64,000 nt of DNA, from positions 291,749 to 355,748 of the forward strand of contig CAWEKG010000003.1 of assembly GCA_963809595.1 (NCBI GenBank), written 5' to 3'. Positions 10,670-20,486 of the stretch are shown here, piece after piece. The stretch is from an uncultured Chloroflexia bacterium. GTDB taxonomy: Bacteria; Chloroflexota; Limnocylindria; Limnocylindrales; CSP1-4. Position numbers and translations under genes: made by a program. The notes under the pieces are model-generated. The model worked only from the letters and a program-made list of their open reading frames with translations. It was not told the origin of the DNA and ran no database searches. Each line of letters begins with the position of its first letter. The stretch's first letter is position 1.

Positions 10670-12103
10670 TCATCCGAGCTCCGCGTCCGCGGCGGCAAGG
10701 ATGCGCTCCAGGTCCGCCTCGACCGTCTCGGGCAGGGGAGCGACGGGCGGTCCTTCGATGATCTCCCGGACGCGCTCGCGGGCCCGCCCGTACATCGTCG
10801 GCGACCCGATCTCCCGCCAGTGCTCGTAGGCCTGACGCCCGAGGAGACCAGGGGTCAGGAACTCGCGACTGCGGGCGGCGCGGCGGGTGACCGGGCTGGC
10901 CAGGAAGTTCCCGCCGGGACCGACGGCGGCGATCTCCCCGACGAAGTCCGGGTCGGCCGGAGCGCCGATCCCCTCCACCAGCCGCTCCACGAAGCGAGCC
11001 AGCTCGTTGTCGACGAGGATCTGCTCCAGGACCAGTGCCTGGTCGCCCTGGACCTCGCCGAAGCCCACGATGATGTCCGCTCCCGCGGAGGCCGGCGGGA
11101 GCATCGTCACGAGCTTCTCGAGGACGGCCTCCGGACCGGGCGCCGGGGCGTCCGCGGTACAGCCCGCGGCGGTCGTGGGCAGGCCGTAGAAGCGGCCCAT
11201 CGTCACGAGGGCGGCGGACATCAGGCCCATCTCCGGCGTCCCGCCGAGGAAGGCGCCCGTCCGGAAGTCCATCGTGCCGGTCGCGCTGCTGTAGATCATC
11301 GGGCGACCCGGGTGGGCCAGCTGGAAGACGACGATCGCCGATAGCGCCTCGGCGTTGGCCAGGGCGACGTTGGCCAGGAGCCCGGCGGGTCCCGTGGTGC
11401 CGGTGACCGGCATCGGCATGACCATGACCGGCAGGTCCAGGGCCCCAAGGTCGAGGTATCCGTCCAGCATCGGTCCGTCGTGGACGAGCGGGGCGATCGG
11501 GCAGTAGATCAGCGACCAGGGATGGCGCTCCCGGACCACATCCGAACCGCCGGCGACGAGCGTCAGCGCCTCGGCCAGGTACGGCGCCTGCTCACGGGTG
11601 TGGAGCTCGTGCTGACCGTGCTTCGACGAGGCGCGGATCATCGTCACGAACTCGTGGAGCGCGCGGCTCCCGGCGGGGGCATCGGACGCGGTGACCGGCG
11701 GCCAGGCCAGGACCCCCATCTCGGCGGTCTGGAAGACCCGCAGCGCCAGCTCGGTATCCCGCCGGGTGCCGTAGCGCCGCTCGCCGGTCTCGAAGTCGAT
11801 GGTGAAGGCCGCCGTCCCGTCGAGCCCATAGCGGGTCAGCGCCGACGGAAGGGCGAAGTCGTGGACGGGATCGCGGGCGCCCAGCACGATCTCCCGGGGG
11901 GCGGTCGCGAGGGCAGTCTCGACCACGTTCCGCGGCAACCGGGCGATCCCTGTCTCGGCGTCCACCTCGCCGCCGGCCGCCCCAAGGAGGGGCAGCGCCC
12001 GCTCGCCGTGGAACCGGACGCCGGTCTCGGCCAGGATCCGCAGGCTCGCCTCGTGGACCTGCTCGCGGTCGGCCTCGCCCAGGAAGGTCGCCGTATAGCG
12101 CAT
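10670..12103 (-). CDS. MttB-superfamily (trimethylamine methyltransferase family, COG5598) methyltransferase, non-pyrrolysine paralog 1
   Basis: 477 aa, similar throughout to MttB/MtgB-type TIM-barrel methyltransferases. No in-frame amber codon. Directly upstream of the corrinoid-protein gene. Confidence 0.8.
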   Translation of the reverse strand: MRYTATFLGEADREQVHEASLRILAETGVRFHGERALPLLGAAGGEVDAETGIARLPRNVVETALATAPREIVLGARDPVHDFALPSALTRYGLDGTAAFTIDFETGERRYGTRRDTELALRVFQTAEMGVLAWPPVTASDAPAGSRALHEFVTMIRASSKHGQHELHTREQAPYLAEALTLVAGGSDVVRERHPWSLIYCPIAPLVHDGPMLDGYLDLGALDLPVMVMPMPVTGTTGPAGLLANVALANAEALSAIVVFQLAHPGRPMIYSSATGTMDFRTGAFLGGTPEMGLMSAALVTMGRFYGLPTTAAGCTADAPAPGPEAVLEKLVTMLPPASAGADIIVGFGEVQGDQALVLEQILVDNELARFVERLVEGIGAPADPDFVGEIAAVGPGGNFLASPVTRRAARSREFLTPGLLGRQAYEHWREIGSPTMYGRARERVREIIEGPPVAPLPETVEADLERILAAADAELG

Positions 12104-12106
12104 CCC

Positions 12107-13561
12107 TCAGCCCGCCATCCCGGCGCCGGGCACGGCCTCGGCCGCCCGGTCGACCAGGCCCGCCAGCTCCCGCGCGATCGCCTCGTCCAGGGGCAGGGGA
12201 CGGTGGGCCGCCAGCGTCTCCGTCACCAGCCGACCGGCGTCGTCCACGACGTCCGGCCGTCCGCCGGCCGACCAGTGCTCCCAGGTGTCGTGGACCCCCA
12301 GGCGGTCCGGGTACCACTCGCCCTGATGGGTGGCCCGACGAGTCGCCGGCCGGGCCAGGAAGTCGCCCCCGGGGCCGACCTCGTCGAGCGCCGCCTCGAC
12401 GGCCTCTTCGAGCGCGGCGTCGATCCCGCGCCGGACGCGGAGGCAGCGGCGGAACCCCTCGATGTCGAGGACCAGCTGCTCGAGCGAGAGGACCGTGGAC
12501 CCGCCGAGGAGGCCCGGACCGACCAGCAGGTCCGGCCAGGCCAGGACGGGGAGGAGCCAGTTGACCGCCCGCTCGGCGGCGGCCTGGGCGCCCGGCAGAT
12601 GGGCGTCGGTCCCACCGACGGACGCCTCGACCGGCAGGCCGTAGAAGCGGGCCATCTCCGTCGTCGCCGCGCCGAGGAGCGCGTGTTCCACCGCGCCGCC
12701 GGCCCAGCGCCCGGTGCGCGGCTCCATCACGGCGAGGGCCGGCGCGAAGATGAAGGGCGTCCCGGGTGCCGCCGCCTGGACCAGGCACAGGGTGGCCAGG
12801 GTCTCGGCCGTTCCCAGGACGGTCGTGGACAGCAGCCCGACCGGCGCCGTGAGACCCATCATCGGCATCGGCATGGCCGCCACGGGCAGTCCCCACTCGG
12901 CGGTCGCCAGCCAGGCGTCGGTGTAGGGGCCCTCCAGCGCGAGGGGGCTCAGCGGGCAGAACAGGAACGAGAAGGGCCGCCGCCGCCGGACCTCGTCGCG
13001 CCCGCCGAAGAGGACGCCCAGGACCTCCAGGAGCCAGCCCGCTTCGGCCGGGTCGGCGGCCGAGTCCTGGACGTGGCGCGAGAACCGGGTGAACGCCCCG
13101 GCCCAGCCCCGGACGACGGCGCCGGGCGCCGGATCGGGGCCCTCGAAGTCGACCATCCGCCAGTAGACGCCGACCTCCTCGGAGGCGTCGAGCAGGTCGG
13201 TGGACCGCTCCCAGTCCGCCTGCTCGGCCGGTCGGCGCTCACCCGTCGCGAGGTCGAGGACCTGGAGCGCCTCGCCGTCGGCGACCAGGCTGCAACCGGC
13301 CCCGTCGAGGGCCAGCTCCCAGCCTGGTCGTCGTCCGCCCAGGCTGAACGTGCGTGGCGCGGCGGCCAGCGCCGCCTCGACGACCGCTCGCGGAAGACGG
13401 ACCCGACGCTCGCCCTCGTCGACCGTCGCCCCGGACGCCGCGAGGACCTGCCGGGCCCGATCGGACTCCACCCGGAGCCCGGTCCGGGCCAGCACCGCCA
13501 GGGCCCGCTCGTGGACCTCGGCCCGTCGGGCCGCCGGGAGGACCTCGACGGTGGTCGTCAC
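12107..13561 (-). CDS. MttB-superfamily methyltransferase, non-pyrrolysine paralog 2
   Basis: 484 aa and clearly paralogous to the neighbours, with shared blocks such as ...GPGG.FLA...TR... near the C-terminus and GLP..AA.GGTDA. Its stop lies 3 nt from the next gene's start. Confidence 0.8.
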   Translation of the reverse strand: MTTTVEVLPAARRAEVHERALAVLARTGLRVESDRARQVLAASGATVDEGERRVRLPRAVVEAALAAAPRTFSLGGRRPGWELALDGAGCSLVADGEALQVLDLATGERRPAEQADWERSTDLLDASEEVGVYWRMVDFEGPDPAPGAVVRGWAGAFTRFSRHVQDSAADPAEAGWLLEVLGVLFGGRDEVRRRRPFSFLFCPLSPLALEGPYTDAWLATAEWGLPVAAMPMPMMGLTAPVGLLSTTVLGTAETLATLCLVQAAAPGTPFIFAPALAVMEPRTGRWAGGAVEHALLGAATTEMARFYGLPVEASVGGTDAHLPGAQAAAERAVNWLLPVLAWPDLLVGPGLLGGSTVLSLEQLVLDIEGFRRCLRVRRGIDAALEEAVEAALDEVGPGGDFLARPATRRATHQGEWYPDRLGVHDTWEHWSAGGRPDVVDDAGRLVTETLAAHRPLPLDEAIARELAGLVDRAAEAVPGAGMAG

Positions 13562-13592
13562 CGGTCGTTCCGCAGCACCCGGGTCGGACCGC

Positions 13593-15095
13593 TCACTCGG
13601 CCTCCCCCAGGTCGCGGTCGGCTGCGCCGAGGATCCGGGTCAGCTCGTCGGCCTGCGCCGGGTCGAGCGGCGTCGGATGGTGGTGCTCGCGGATCCAGGC
13701 GACCCGCTCCCGGGCGACCTCCACCGGGTCGCGGAAGCGGCCGCCCTCGACCAGCTCGTGGGTCAGGCTCCGCTTGAGGGCGGTCCGCATGTGCGTCCGG
13801 GTGTGCCGCTCGGCCAGGAAATGGCCGCCCGGCCCGACGTCGGCGATGACATCGAGGGCGAGGGTCTCGTCGCTGACGTCCTCCGCCAGCAGCGCGTGGC
13901 GTGCCCGCTGGTAGAGGTCGTCGTCGAGGATGATCGCCTCCGGATAGAGGAGCGTGTACGTCCGGTCCAGACCGAGTCCGGTGACCAGCTCCGGGCCGGC
14001 GAGCGCCCCGAGAAGCGGGTCGAGGGCGACCTCCGCGGCGGCCTGCCAGGTGCCGGCCGACGGCGAGTCGGTGCCGAAGCAGGCGGCCATCGACGGGAGC
14101 CCCCAGCGGTGGGCCATCTCGACCGGGGCGTAGCGGGCCCGGCCGTCGAGCGAATAGCCGACGTAGTTGCCGGTCCGCGGGTCCGCCCAGGCCTTCATGA
14201 TCGAGTGGAAGACCGGCGCACCCGGGTAGGCCAGCTGGAGCAGGACGATCCCCGAGATGACCTCGGCGTCGCCGACGACCAGGGCGCCGGCCGAGGTCGC
14301 CGGTGCCGTCGTCCCCAGCGTCGGCATCGACAGGAACCCGACCGGGATCCCGGCCTCGGCGAAGACGAGCGACGCCTCGAGGCCGGCCTCGTCCTGGGCC
14401 AGCGGGGCGATCGAGCAGATGAGGTCGGACAGGACGGGCCGCTCCCGAAGCGACTCGCGGCTGCCGGCGAGGACGGTCGCCATCTCGATCGCGCGACGGG
14501 CCGGCTCGGCGCCCATGACCATCGCCTGGAAGTGCTTGACCGTGTTGTTGTAGGCGGCGTCGATCTCGTGGAGCTGGGACGTCCGACCGTGGTCCTGGGC
14601 GCTCACGGTCGGCCACATGAAGCCGATCGACGGGAGGGCGTCGGCGATCCGGGCGATCTCGGCCACGTCGCTCTTGCGCGAGGGTCGCTCCTGGCGGGTG
14701 TCGAAGTCGATCGTGGCCACGCCGCAGCCGTCGGTGGTGAAGTAGCTGACGCCCTCCTCGAGCCGGAGATCGAAGCCGGGATCCCGGGCCGCCATCGTGA
14801 AGCTGCGGGGCGCCGTCGACAGGGCCCGCCGGACGAGGTCCCGCGGGAAGCGGACGATCCGGGTCGCCCGGTCGACGGTCGCGCCGTGGCCGTCGAGGAT
14901 CTCGAGGGCCGTCTCGGACGGGAACCGCACCCCGACGTCCTCGAGGACCCGGAGGGTGGCGTCCTGGAGCCGATCGAGCTGCTCGTCGTCGAGGAAGCGC
15001 ACCCGGTGCGCCGAGCGCAGCGGCTCGAGCGGCGGGGTGGGGCTGGGCGTCCCAGCGATGAGGGCGTCGTCGACGCCCGGCTGACCGACCATCAC
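13593..15095 (-). CDS. MttB-superfamily methyltransferase, non-pyrrolysine paralog 3
   Basis: 500 aa and the best MttB-like of the three (...YFTTDGCGVATIDFDT..., ...GPGGHFLAERHTRTHMR...). First gene of the likely mttB3-mttB2-mttB1-corrinoid operon. Confidence 0.8.
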   Translation of the reverse strand: MMVGQPGVDDALIAGTPSPTPPLEPLRSAHRVRFLDDEQLDRLQDATLRVLEDVGVRFPSETALEILDGHGATVDRATRIVRFPRDLVRRALSTAPRSFTMAARDPGFDLRLEEGVSYFTTDGCGVATIDFDTRQERPSRKSDVAEIARIADALPSIGFMWPTVSAQDHGRTSQLHEIDAAYNNTVKHFQAMVMGAEPARRAIEMATVLAGSRESLRERPVLSDLICSIAPLAQDEAGLEASLVFAEAGIPVGFLSMPTLGTTAPATSAGALVVGDAEVISGIVLLQLAYPGAPVFHSIMKAWADPRTGNYVGYSLDGRARYAPVEMAHRWGLPSMAACFGTDSPSAGTWQAAAEVALDPLLGALAGPELVTGLGLDRTYTLLYPEAIILDDDLYQRARHALLAEDVSDETLALDVIADVGPGGHFLAERHTRTHMRTALKRSLTHELVEGGRFRDPVEVARERVAWIREHHHPTPLDPAQADELTRILGAADRDLGEAE

Positions 15096-15250
15096 CGTCC
15101 TCCAGCTCGGCTTCCCACCTCGTGGGAGCCCGCCGGGCGACCGGGGTCACGCGGCGTCGGATGCCTTGGGACGCCGGGCAACGGTGCCACACGGTCGCTC
15201 GGCTGGGGCGCACTGTCCCGCCGACCGAGCCGCCGAGTCAGGCCGGGAAC

Positions 15251-15309
15251 GACAGACGATCCCGCGGCGGCCGGTCGAGGAGGTAACCGGTCAAGCGGGA
15301 TCGTCTGGC
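15251..15309. promoter_or_regulatory. long imperfect hairpin between araB and the mttB cluster
   Basis: GACAGACGATCCCGC ... GCGGGATCGTCTGGC, a 15-bp inverted repeat with one mismatch around a 29-nt loop that can itself pair (CCGGT/ACCGG). It sits just downstream of the araB stop and upstream of mttB3. Candidate terminator or regulatory structure. Confidence 0.35.
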
Positions 15310-15327
15310 GAGGCAGGCACAGTATGG

Positions 15328-17109
15328 TCAGGCGGTGGCGCTCTCGACTCCGCGCGAGGTCGGGACGGAGGCGGCTGGGTCGGGGACGACGGGGGTCATA
15401 TCCGCGGCGGCCGGTCCCGACCGTGCCCGTTCGAGTTCGTCGCGGCGGATGGCCTTGAGGGTCTTCATCACCGGATCGGCGCCGCGCCCGAACAGGTCGT
15501 GGAGGCGGACGTACTCGGCATACAAGCGGTCGTAGACGGCGACATTCGCATCGATCGGCTCGAAGACCTCGTCGCGGAGGTGGGCCATCCGGCCTGCGGC
15601 GGCGGCGATATCGGGGTACCCCCCGGCTGCCTCCCCGGCTGCGACCGCCGCGAACATCGCCGAGCCGAGGGCCGGGGTCTGGGCCGATGCGGCCTGCCGC
15701 CAGGTTCGTCCGGTGACGTCGGCGAAGATCTGCATCAGGAGGCGGTTGCGCTCCGGGAGCCCGCCGCAGGCGACCACTCGGTCGATCGCGACACCGCCGG
15801 CCTCGAACGCGTCGATGATCACCCGCGTCCCGAAGGCCGTCGCCTCGAGCAGCGCTCGGTAGATCTCGGCGGGCTGGGTGGCGAGGGTCATCCCGATGAG
15901 GAGTCCGGAAAGATCGGCATCGACGAGGATCGAGCGGTTGCCGTTCCACCAGTCGAGGGCGAGAAGTCCGGACTCGCCGGGTCGTAGCCCGCCGGCGTCG
16001 GCCTCGAGGACCTCATGGACGCTCGACCCACTCGAGCGGGCTCGCTCGTGGTAGATGGCCGGCACACCATGCGTGACGAACCAGCCGAACAGGTCGCCGA
16101 CCGACGCCTGACCGGCTTCGAAGCCGAAGCGTCCCGGGACGACCCCGTCCCGGACGACCCCGCACATCCCCGGGATCGCCGGCGCCGAGTCGGCCAGGAC
16201 GATGTGGCAGATGCTCGTTCCCATGATCGCCACGAGCGTGCCCGGTCCGGTGACCGACGCTGCCGGCGCGGAGACGTGGGCATCCACGTTGGCGACGGCC
16301 ACCGCGATCCCCGGTCGGAGTCCGGTCCACCCGGCTGCCCGCTCGCTCAGCCCACCGGCGGGCGTGCCCAGACGGGCGATGGACCGCGACATCTTGTCGT
16401 CGACCACTCGGGCGAAGCGCGGGTCCAGCGCGCCGAAGAAGCGAACGTCGGGAAAGCCGTCCTCGGCCGACCAGAGCGCCTTGTAGCCGGCCGTGCAGCT
16501 GCTCCTCGTCTCGACCCCGGTCAGCTGCCAGACGATCCAGTCGGCGGCCTCGATCAGGCGATCGGCGGCGTCGTAGACGAGGGGGGCCTCGCGCAGGATC
16601 TGGAGCGCCTTGGGAAAGAACCACTCGGATGAGATCTTGCCGCCGTACCGGTCGAGCCACGGCTCGCCGTGCGCGGCAGCGACCCGGTTGATCTCGTCCG
16701 CTTCGGGTTGCGCTGCGTGGTGCTTCCAGAGCTTGACCCAGGCGTGGGGATCGCGCCGGTAGGCGTCGAGCTGGCACAGCGGCGTACCGTCGGCCATCGT
16801 CGGCAGCATCGTGCACGAGGTGAAGTCGATGCCGATGCCGATGACCTGCCCGGGGTCGATCCTGGCGTCGGCGACCGCACACGGGACGGCCCGGCGGAGC
16901 GCCTCGAGGTAGTCCGCCGGATCCTGGAGCGCCCAGTCCGGGCCGAGCGCGACATCCTCGTCGGGCGCCGGCAGCCGTTCGTCGATGACCCCGTTGGCGT
17001 ACTGGTGGACCGCGACACCGAGCTCCCGGCCGTCCGCGACGTCGACGACGACCGCTCGGGCGGATGCCGTTCCGAAGTCCACGCCGATGGCGTACCGTCC
17101 CGCGCCCAT
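15328..17109 (-). CDS. araB: L-ribulokinase
   Basis: FGGY kinase with AraB-specific N-terminus (YAIGVDFGTASARAVVVD, YANGVIDE, WKHHAAQPEADEIN). Length 593 aa. Confidence 0.85.
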   Translation of the reverse strand: MGAGRYAIGVDFGTASARAVVVDVADGRELGVAVHQYANGVIDERLPAPDEDVALGPDWALQDPADYLEALRRAVPCAVADARIDPGQVIGIGIDFTSCTMLPTMADGTPLCQLDAYRRDPHAWVKLWKHHAAQPEADEINRVAAAHGEPWLDRYGGKISSEWFFPKALQILREAPLVYDAADRLIEAADWIVWQLTGVETRSSCTAGYKALWSAEDGFPDVRFFGALDPRFARVVDDKMSRSIARLGTPAGGLSERAAGWTGLRPGIAVAVANVDAHVSAPAASVTGPGTLVAIMGTSICHIVLADSAPAIPGMCGVVRDGVVPGRFGFEAGQASVGDLFGWFVTHGVPAIYHERARSSGSSVHEVLEADAGGLRPGESGLLALDWWNGNRSILVDADLSGLLIGMTLATQPAEIYRALLEATAFGTRVIIDAFEAGGVAIDRVVACGGLPERNRLLMQIFADVTGRTWRQAASAQTPALGSAMFAAVAAGEAAGGYPDIAAAAGRMAHLRDEVFEPIDANVAVYDRLYAEYVRLHDLFGRGADPVMKTLKAIRRDELERARSGPAAADMTPVVPDPAASVPTSRGVESATA

Positions 17110-18155
17110 CAGCCACCCTCATCCTGTGAACCGATCGAGGGGTTGACGACGATCTTCAGCCCACGTCGCGCGGCAAGGGCGACGAACGCCTCCGGGGCCG
17201 CGCTCAGCGGGAAGCACTCGGTGATGAGCGGCTCGAGGGTGACCTGCCCGGCGGCGACGAGGGCGATCGCCCGCTGGAGGTCCAGCGGCGTCATCCGCCG
17301 ACAGACCAGGAGGGTCAGGCCCTTGCGTCGGGCGAGGCTCGCCGGGAAGCTCGTCCGGTCGCCCGCTGGGATGCCGACGAGCACTACTCGACCGCCGGGG
17401 CGCGCGGCGCCCATCGCGTCGACCAGCGCATCGTCGTCGCCCGCGACCTCGAAGGCGACGTCCACGGGTTCCCGGGAGAGCGGGGCCGTCCGGTCGCCCG
17501 TCTGGACCAGGACCGCTTCGGTGGCGCCCAGCGAAGCGGCCGCGGCCACTCGATGGGTCAGCCGGTCGGTCGCCACGATCCCAGCCGCGCCGGCCAGGCG
17601 GAGGAGCTCGACGAGGAGCAGCCCCAGCGGGCCGCTGCCGTACACGCCGGCGCGGCCGCCCACGCCGACCTGAGCGAGCTCGAGGGCGTGGAGCGCGACG
17701 CCGAGCGGCTCGAGCAGCGTGGCCGCATCGGAGTCGAGCCGATCCGGCAGCTGGTGACAGAGGCGCTCCGGCCAGGTCATCAGCGCGCGCAGCGCCCCAT
17801 CGGTCGTGCCGTGCCCGGCGAACCGCATGGCGACACAGAGGTTCGACCGGCCGCGGAGGCACGGATCGCACGCCCCGCAGGGATCGGCCGGGTCGACGGC
17901 GACGCGCTCGCCCGAGCGGGGGCCGGAGGCGATCACCGCGCTGAACTCGTGGCCCAGGACCAGGGGCGCGGCCAGTCGCGCGTCGCCGATCGCGCCCTCT
18001 TCGTACCAGTGGAGATCCGAGCCGCACAGGCCGACCGAGGTGACCCGCAGGAGGACCTCACCGGCCGCCGGCCGGGGTGCGGGCTCGCGCGAGATCCGGA
18101 TGTCGCCGGGCCCGTGGATCCGGGCCACCTCGACCGGGGCGATCGCGGCAGTCAA
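17109..18155 (-). CDS. Zn-dependent medium-chain dehydrogenase (sorbitol/xylitol/L-arabinitol dehydrogenase-like)
   Basis: MDR motifs: GLCGSDLH, GHEFSAVI, a structural Zn Cys cluster (CGACDPC) and a GxGxxG NAD fold (VYGSGPLG). Embedded in the ara operon. Confidence 0.75.
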   Translation of the reverse strand: MTAAIAPVEVARIHGPGDIRISREPAPRPAAGEVLLRVTSVGLCGSDLHWYEEGAIGDARLAAPLVLGHEFSAVIASGPRSGERVAVDPADPCGACDPCLRGRSNLCVAMRFAGHGTTDGALRALMTWPERLCHQLPDRLDSDAATLLEPLGVALHALELAQVGVGGRAGVYGSGPLGLLLVELLRLAGAAGIVATDRLTHRVAAAASLGATEAVLVQTGDRTAPLSREPVDVAFEVAGDDDALVDAMGAARPGGRVVLVGIPAGDRTSFPASLARRKGLTLLVCRRMTPLDLQRAIALVAAGQVTLEPLITECFPLSAAPEAFVALAARRGLKIVVNPSIGSQDEGG

Positions 18156-18868
18156 CGCCGGACCTGCCCGTAATAGGCACCGGCCCCGTGCTTGCGGGTG
18201 AAGTGGCGCTCGAGGAGCTCCGCCGCGATGGGTCGCACGGCCGGCTCGAGCGCGACCGTCCGTCCGGCCATCTCGGCAACAAGCTCGAGGGCCACTGCGT
18301 TCTCGACCGCGTGCGGCGCGTCGGTGCCCCAGATGAACGGCCCGTGGGATGCAACCAGCACCGCCGGCATCTCGACCGGACCGAGCCCTGCCAGGTCGAG
18401 GGCCTCGATGATGACCGCGCCGGTCTCCGCCTCGTACTCCCCGGCCACCTCTGTTGCGCTGAGCTGGCGGGTGACGGGCACCGTGCCGTGGAAGTGATCG
18501 GCGTGGGTCGTGCCGAGGGCGGGGATCCCCCGACCGGCCTGAGCCCAGGCGGTCGCCGCCGTCGAGTGGGTGTGGACGACGCCCCCGATCTCCCGGTAGC
18601 GGCGGTACAGGGCCAGGTGGGTCGGCGTGTCCGAGGACGGTCGAAGGCTGCCGCCGATGACGTGGCCGTCGTCGAGGGCGACCGCGACGAGATCCTCGGG
18701 GCGGAGTCCCGCGTAGGGCACGCCGCTGGGCTTGATCACGATGAGCCCGGCGTCACGGTCGATCGCGCTGGCGTTGCCGAACGAGAGGGCGACGAGGCCG
18801 GCTCGGACGAGCTCCTGGTTCGCCCACCAGACCGCCTCGCGAAGCTCGTCCGCGACCGACTGCGTCAC
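18152..18868 (-). CDS. araD: L-ribulose-5-phosphate 4-epimerase
   Basis: Class II aldolase/adducin fold with AraD-like motifs (GLVALSFGNAS, IKPSGV, HTHS). Length 238 aa. Confidence 0.8.
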   Translation of the reverse strand: MTQSVADELREAVWWANQELVRAGLVALSFGNASAIDRDAGLIVIKPSGVPYAGLRPEDLVAVALDDGHVIGGSLRPSSDTPTHLALYRRYREIGGVVHTHSTAATAWAQAGRGIPALGTTHADHFHGTVPVTRQLSATEVAGEYEAETGAVIIEALDLAGLGPVEMPAVLVASHGPFIWGTDAPHAVENAVALELVAEMAGRTVALEPAVRPIAAELLERHFTRKHGAGAYYGQVRR

Positions 18869-18871
18869 GAC

Positions 18872-20377
18872 CTACAGCCCGCGCGCCAGGTGGTGGTAGG
18901 CCTGGTTCCAGCGGAGCTCGCGACGGAAGACCGGGACGGTGGTCGTCTCGTCGATGAGCAGTAGCTCGATCCCGGCCATCTCCGCGAAGTCGGTCAGCGG
19001 CTCCGCATCCAGAGCGCGACTCAGGACCGTGTGATGGGCTCCGCCGGCGGCAAGCCAGGCCTCGACGGCGGTCCGCATGTCGGGTCGCGGCTTCCAGACG
19101 GCCCGAGCGACCGGCAGCCGCGGCAAGGCGTGCGGTGCTGCGACGATGTCGATCACGTTTGCCACGAGCCGGAACCGGTCACCGAGGTCGGTCAGGCCGG
19201 CCACCACCGCCGGGCCCGGCGCCGCGTCGAAGACGAGCCGGACCGGGTCCGACCGCCCACCGATCCCGAGCGGGTGGATCTCGCAGCTCGGCCGTCCGGC
19301 CGCGATCGACGGACAGACCTCGAGCATGTGGGCCCCGAGAACGGTCGGGCCGGCCGGGTCGAGGTCGTAGGTGTAGTCCTCCATGAACGAGGTCCCACCC
19401 GGCAGGCCGGTCGCCATCACCTTGAGCAGGCGGACCATGACCGCGCTCTTCCAGTCACCCTCGGCACCGAAGCCGAACCCGTCGGCCATCAGCCGCTGGG
19501 CGGCGATGCCGGGCAGCTGGAGCAGGCCGTCGAGGTCCTCGAAGGTGTCGGTGAACGCACCGAACCCCCCGGCGATCAGGAACGTTCGCAGGGCTGCCTC
19601 GATCCGGGCGGCCTCCCGCAGCTCGTCGCGTCGGGCGCCGCCGGGAGCCAGCTCGGGCGCGACGTCGTACTCGTCGGCATAGGCTTCGAGGAGGCGGTCG
19701 ACGTCGACCTCCGGCACGTCCCGGATCGCGGCCCCGAGGTCGCTCGTGCCGTAGCCATTGATCGCCACGCCGAGCCGGATCTGGGCCTCGACCTTGTCGC
19801 CCTCGGTGTCGGCGACGTGGCGCATGTTGTCGCCGAAGCGGGCCACCTTGAGCCGATGGGCCTCCCGCCAGGCGCAGGCCGCCCGCGACCAGGCACCGAT
19901 CCGGTCGGCGACGTAGGGATCCTGCCAATGCCCGGCGACGGTCTTCCGGGCGACCCGCAGGCGAGTCTCGATGTAGCCGAACTCGCGGTCCCCGTGGGCC
20001 GCCTGGTGGAGGTTCATGAAGTCCATGTCGATCTCGCCCCAGGGCAGATCGCGATTGAACTGGGTGTGCAGGTGGAGGAGCGGCTTGGCCAATCCTTGGA
20101 GACCGGCGATCCACATCCGGGCCGGCGAGAACGTGTGCATCCAGGCGAGGACCCCGACGCAGGCGTCCGTGGCGTTGGCCTCGAGACAGGTCGCCGCGAT
20201 CGCCTCCGGCGACGCCACGACCGGCCGGAAGACGACCCGGACCGGGATCGCCGCCGTCGCATCCAGGGCGCCCGCGACACGCTCGGCATCGGCCGCGACC
20301 TGGCGCAGCGCGTCGGCTCCGTACAGGTCCTGGCTGCCGGTGACGAACCATACCTCGAACGCGCCGAGGGGCTTCAC
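18872..20377 (-). CDS. araA: L-arabinose isomerase
   Basis: 501 aa with AraA-specific blocks ([32 protein letters not shown]). GTG start with GGAG 8 nt upstream. The operator block overlaps its 5' UTR. Confidence 0.9.
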   Translation of the reverse strand: MKPLGAFEVWFVTGSQDLYGADALRQVAADAERVAGALDATAAIPVRVVFRPVVASPEAIAATCLEANATDACVGVLAWMHTFSPARMWIAGLQGLAKPLLHLHTQFNRDLPWGEIDMDFMNLHQAAHGDREFGYIETRLRVARKTVAGHWQDPYVADRIGAWSRAACAWREAHRLKVARFGDNMRHVADTEGDKVEAQIRLGVAINGYGTSDLGAAIRDVPEVDVDRLLEAYADEYDVAPELAPGGARRDELREAARIEAALRTFLIAGGFGAFTDTFEDLDGLLQLPGIAAQRLMADGFGFGAEGDWKSAVMVRLLKVMATGLPGGTSFMEDYTYDLDPAGPTVLGAHMLEVCPSIAAGRPSCEIHPLGIGGRSDPVRLVFDAAPGPAVVAGLTDLGDRFRLVANVIDIVAAPHALPRLPVARAVWKPRPDMRTAVEAWLAAGGAHHTVLSRALDAEPLTDFAEMAGIELLLIDETTTVPVFRRELRWNQAYHHLARGL

Positions 20378-20387
20378 GAGGCCGCTC

Positions 20388-20428
20388 CGTTATCGGTCCC
20401 GTTATCGATAACGGGAACGCTAACGGGA
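20388..20428. promoter_or_regulatory. nested palindromic LacI-type operator (CCGTTATCGG-TC-CCCGTTATCGATAACGGG-AA-CGCTAACGGG) in the araA promoter/5' UTR
   Basis: An 18-bp perfect palindrome CCCGTTATCGATAACGGG at 20398-20415, flanked by a direct copy of each half-site. A near-identical block recurs at 26545-26584 in front of the LacI-family regulator gene. Confidence 0.7.
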
Positions 20429-20486
20429 CAGTAGCACCGGCGACCGCCAAGCGTCAAGATGGCTCGATCAAGGCGCGACGCGACCA

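Noticed and set aside
10670-15095. Pyrrolysine-containing (amber read-through) MttB genes
   Set aside because: All three ORFs are uninterrupted with no in-frame TAG. They belong to the non-Pyl branch of the family.
110-15949. Many long antisense or overlapping ORFs in the track, for example 110..1183(-), 1559..2833(-), 3621..5153(-), 6496..7956(-), 7769..9757(-), 11480..13777(+), 13200..15458(+), 13558..15213(-) and 15092..15949(-)
   Set aside because: Their translations are Arg/Pro/Gly/Ala-rich low-complexity sequences typical of GC-rich non-coding frames. Each overlaps a gene with a clear family assignment on the other strand or frame.
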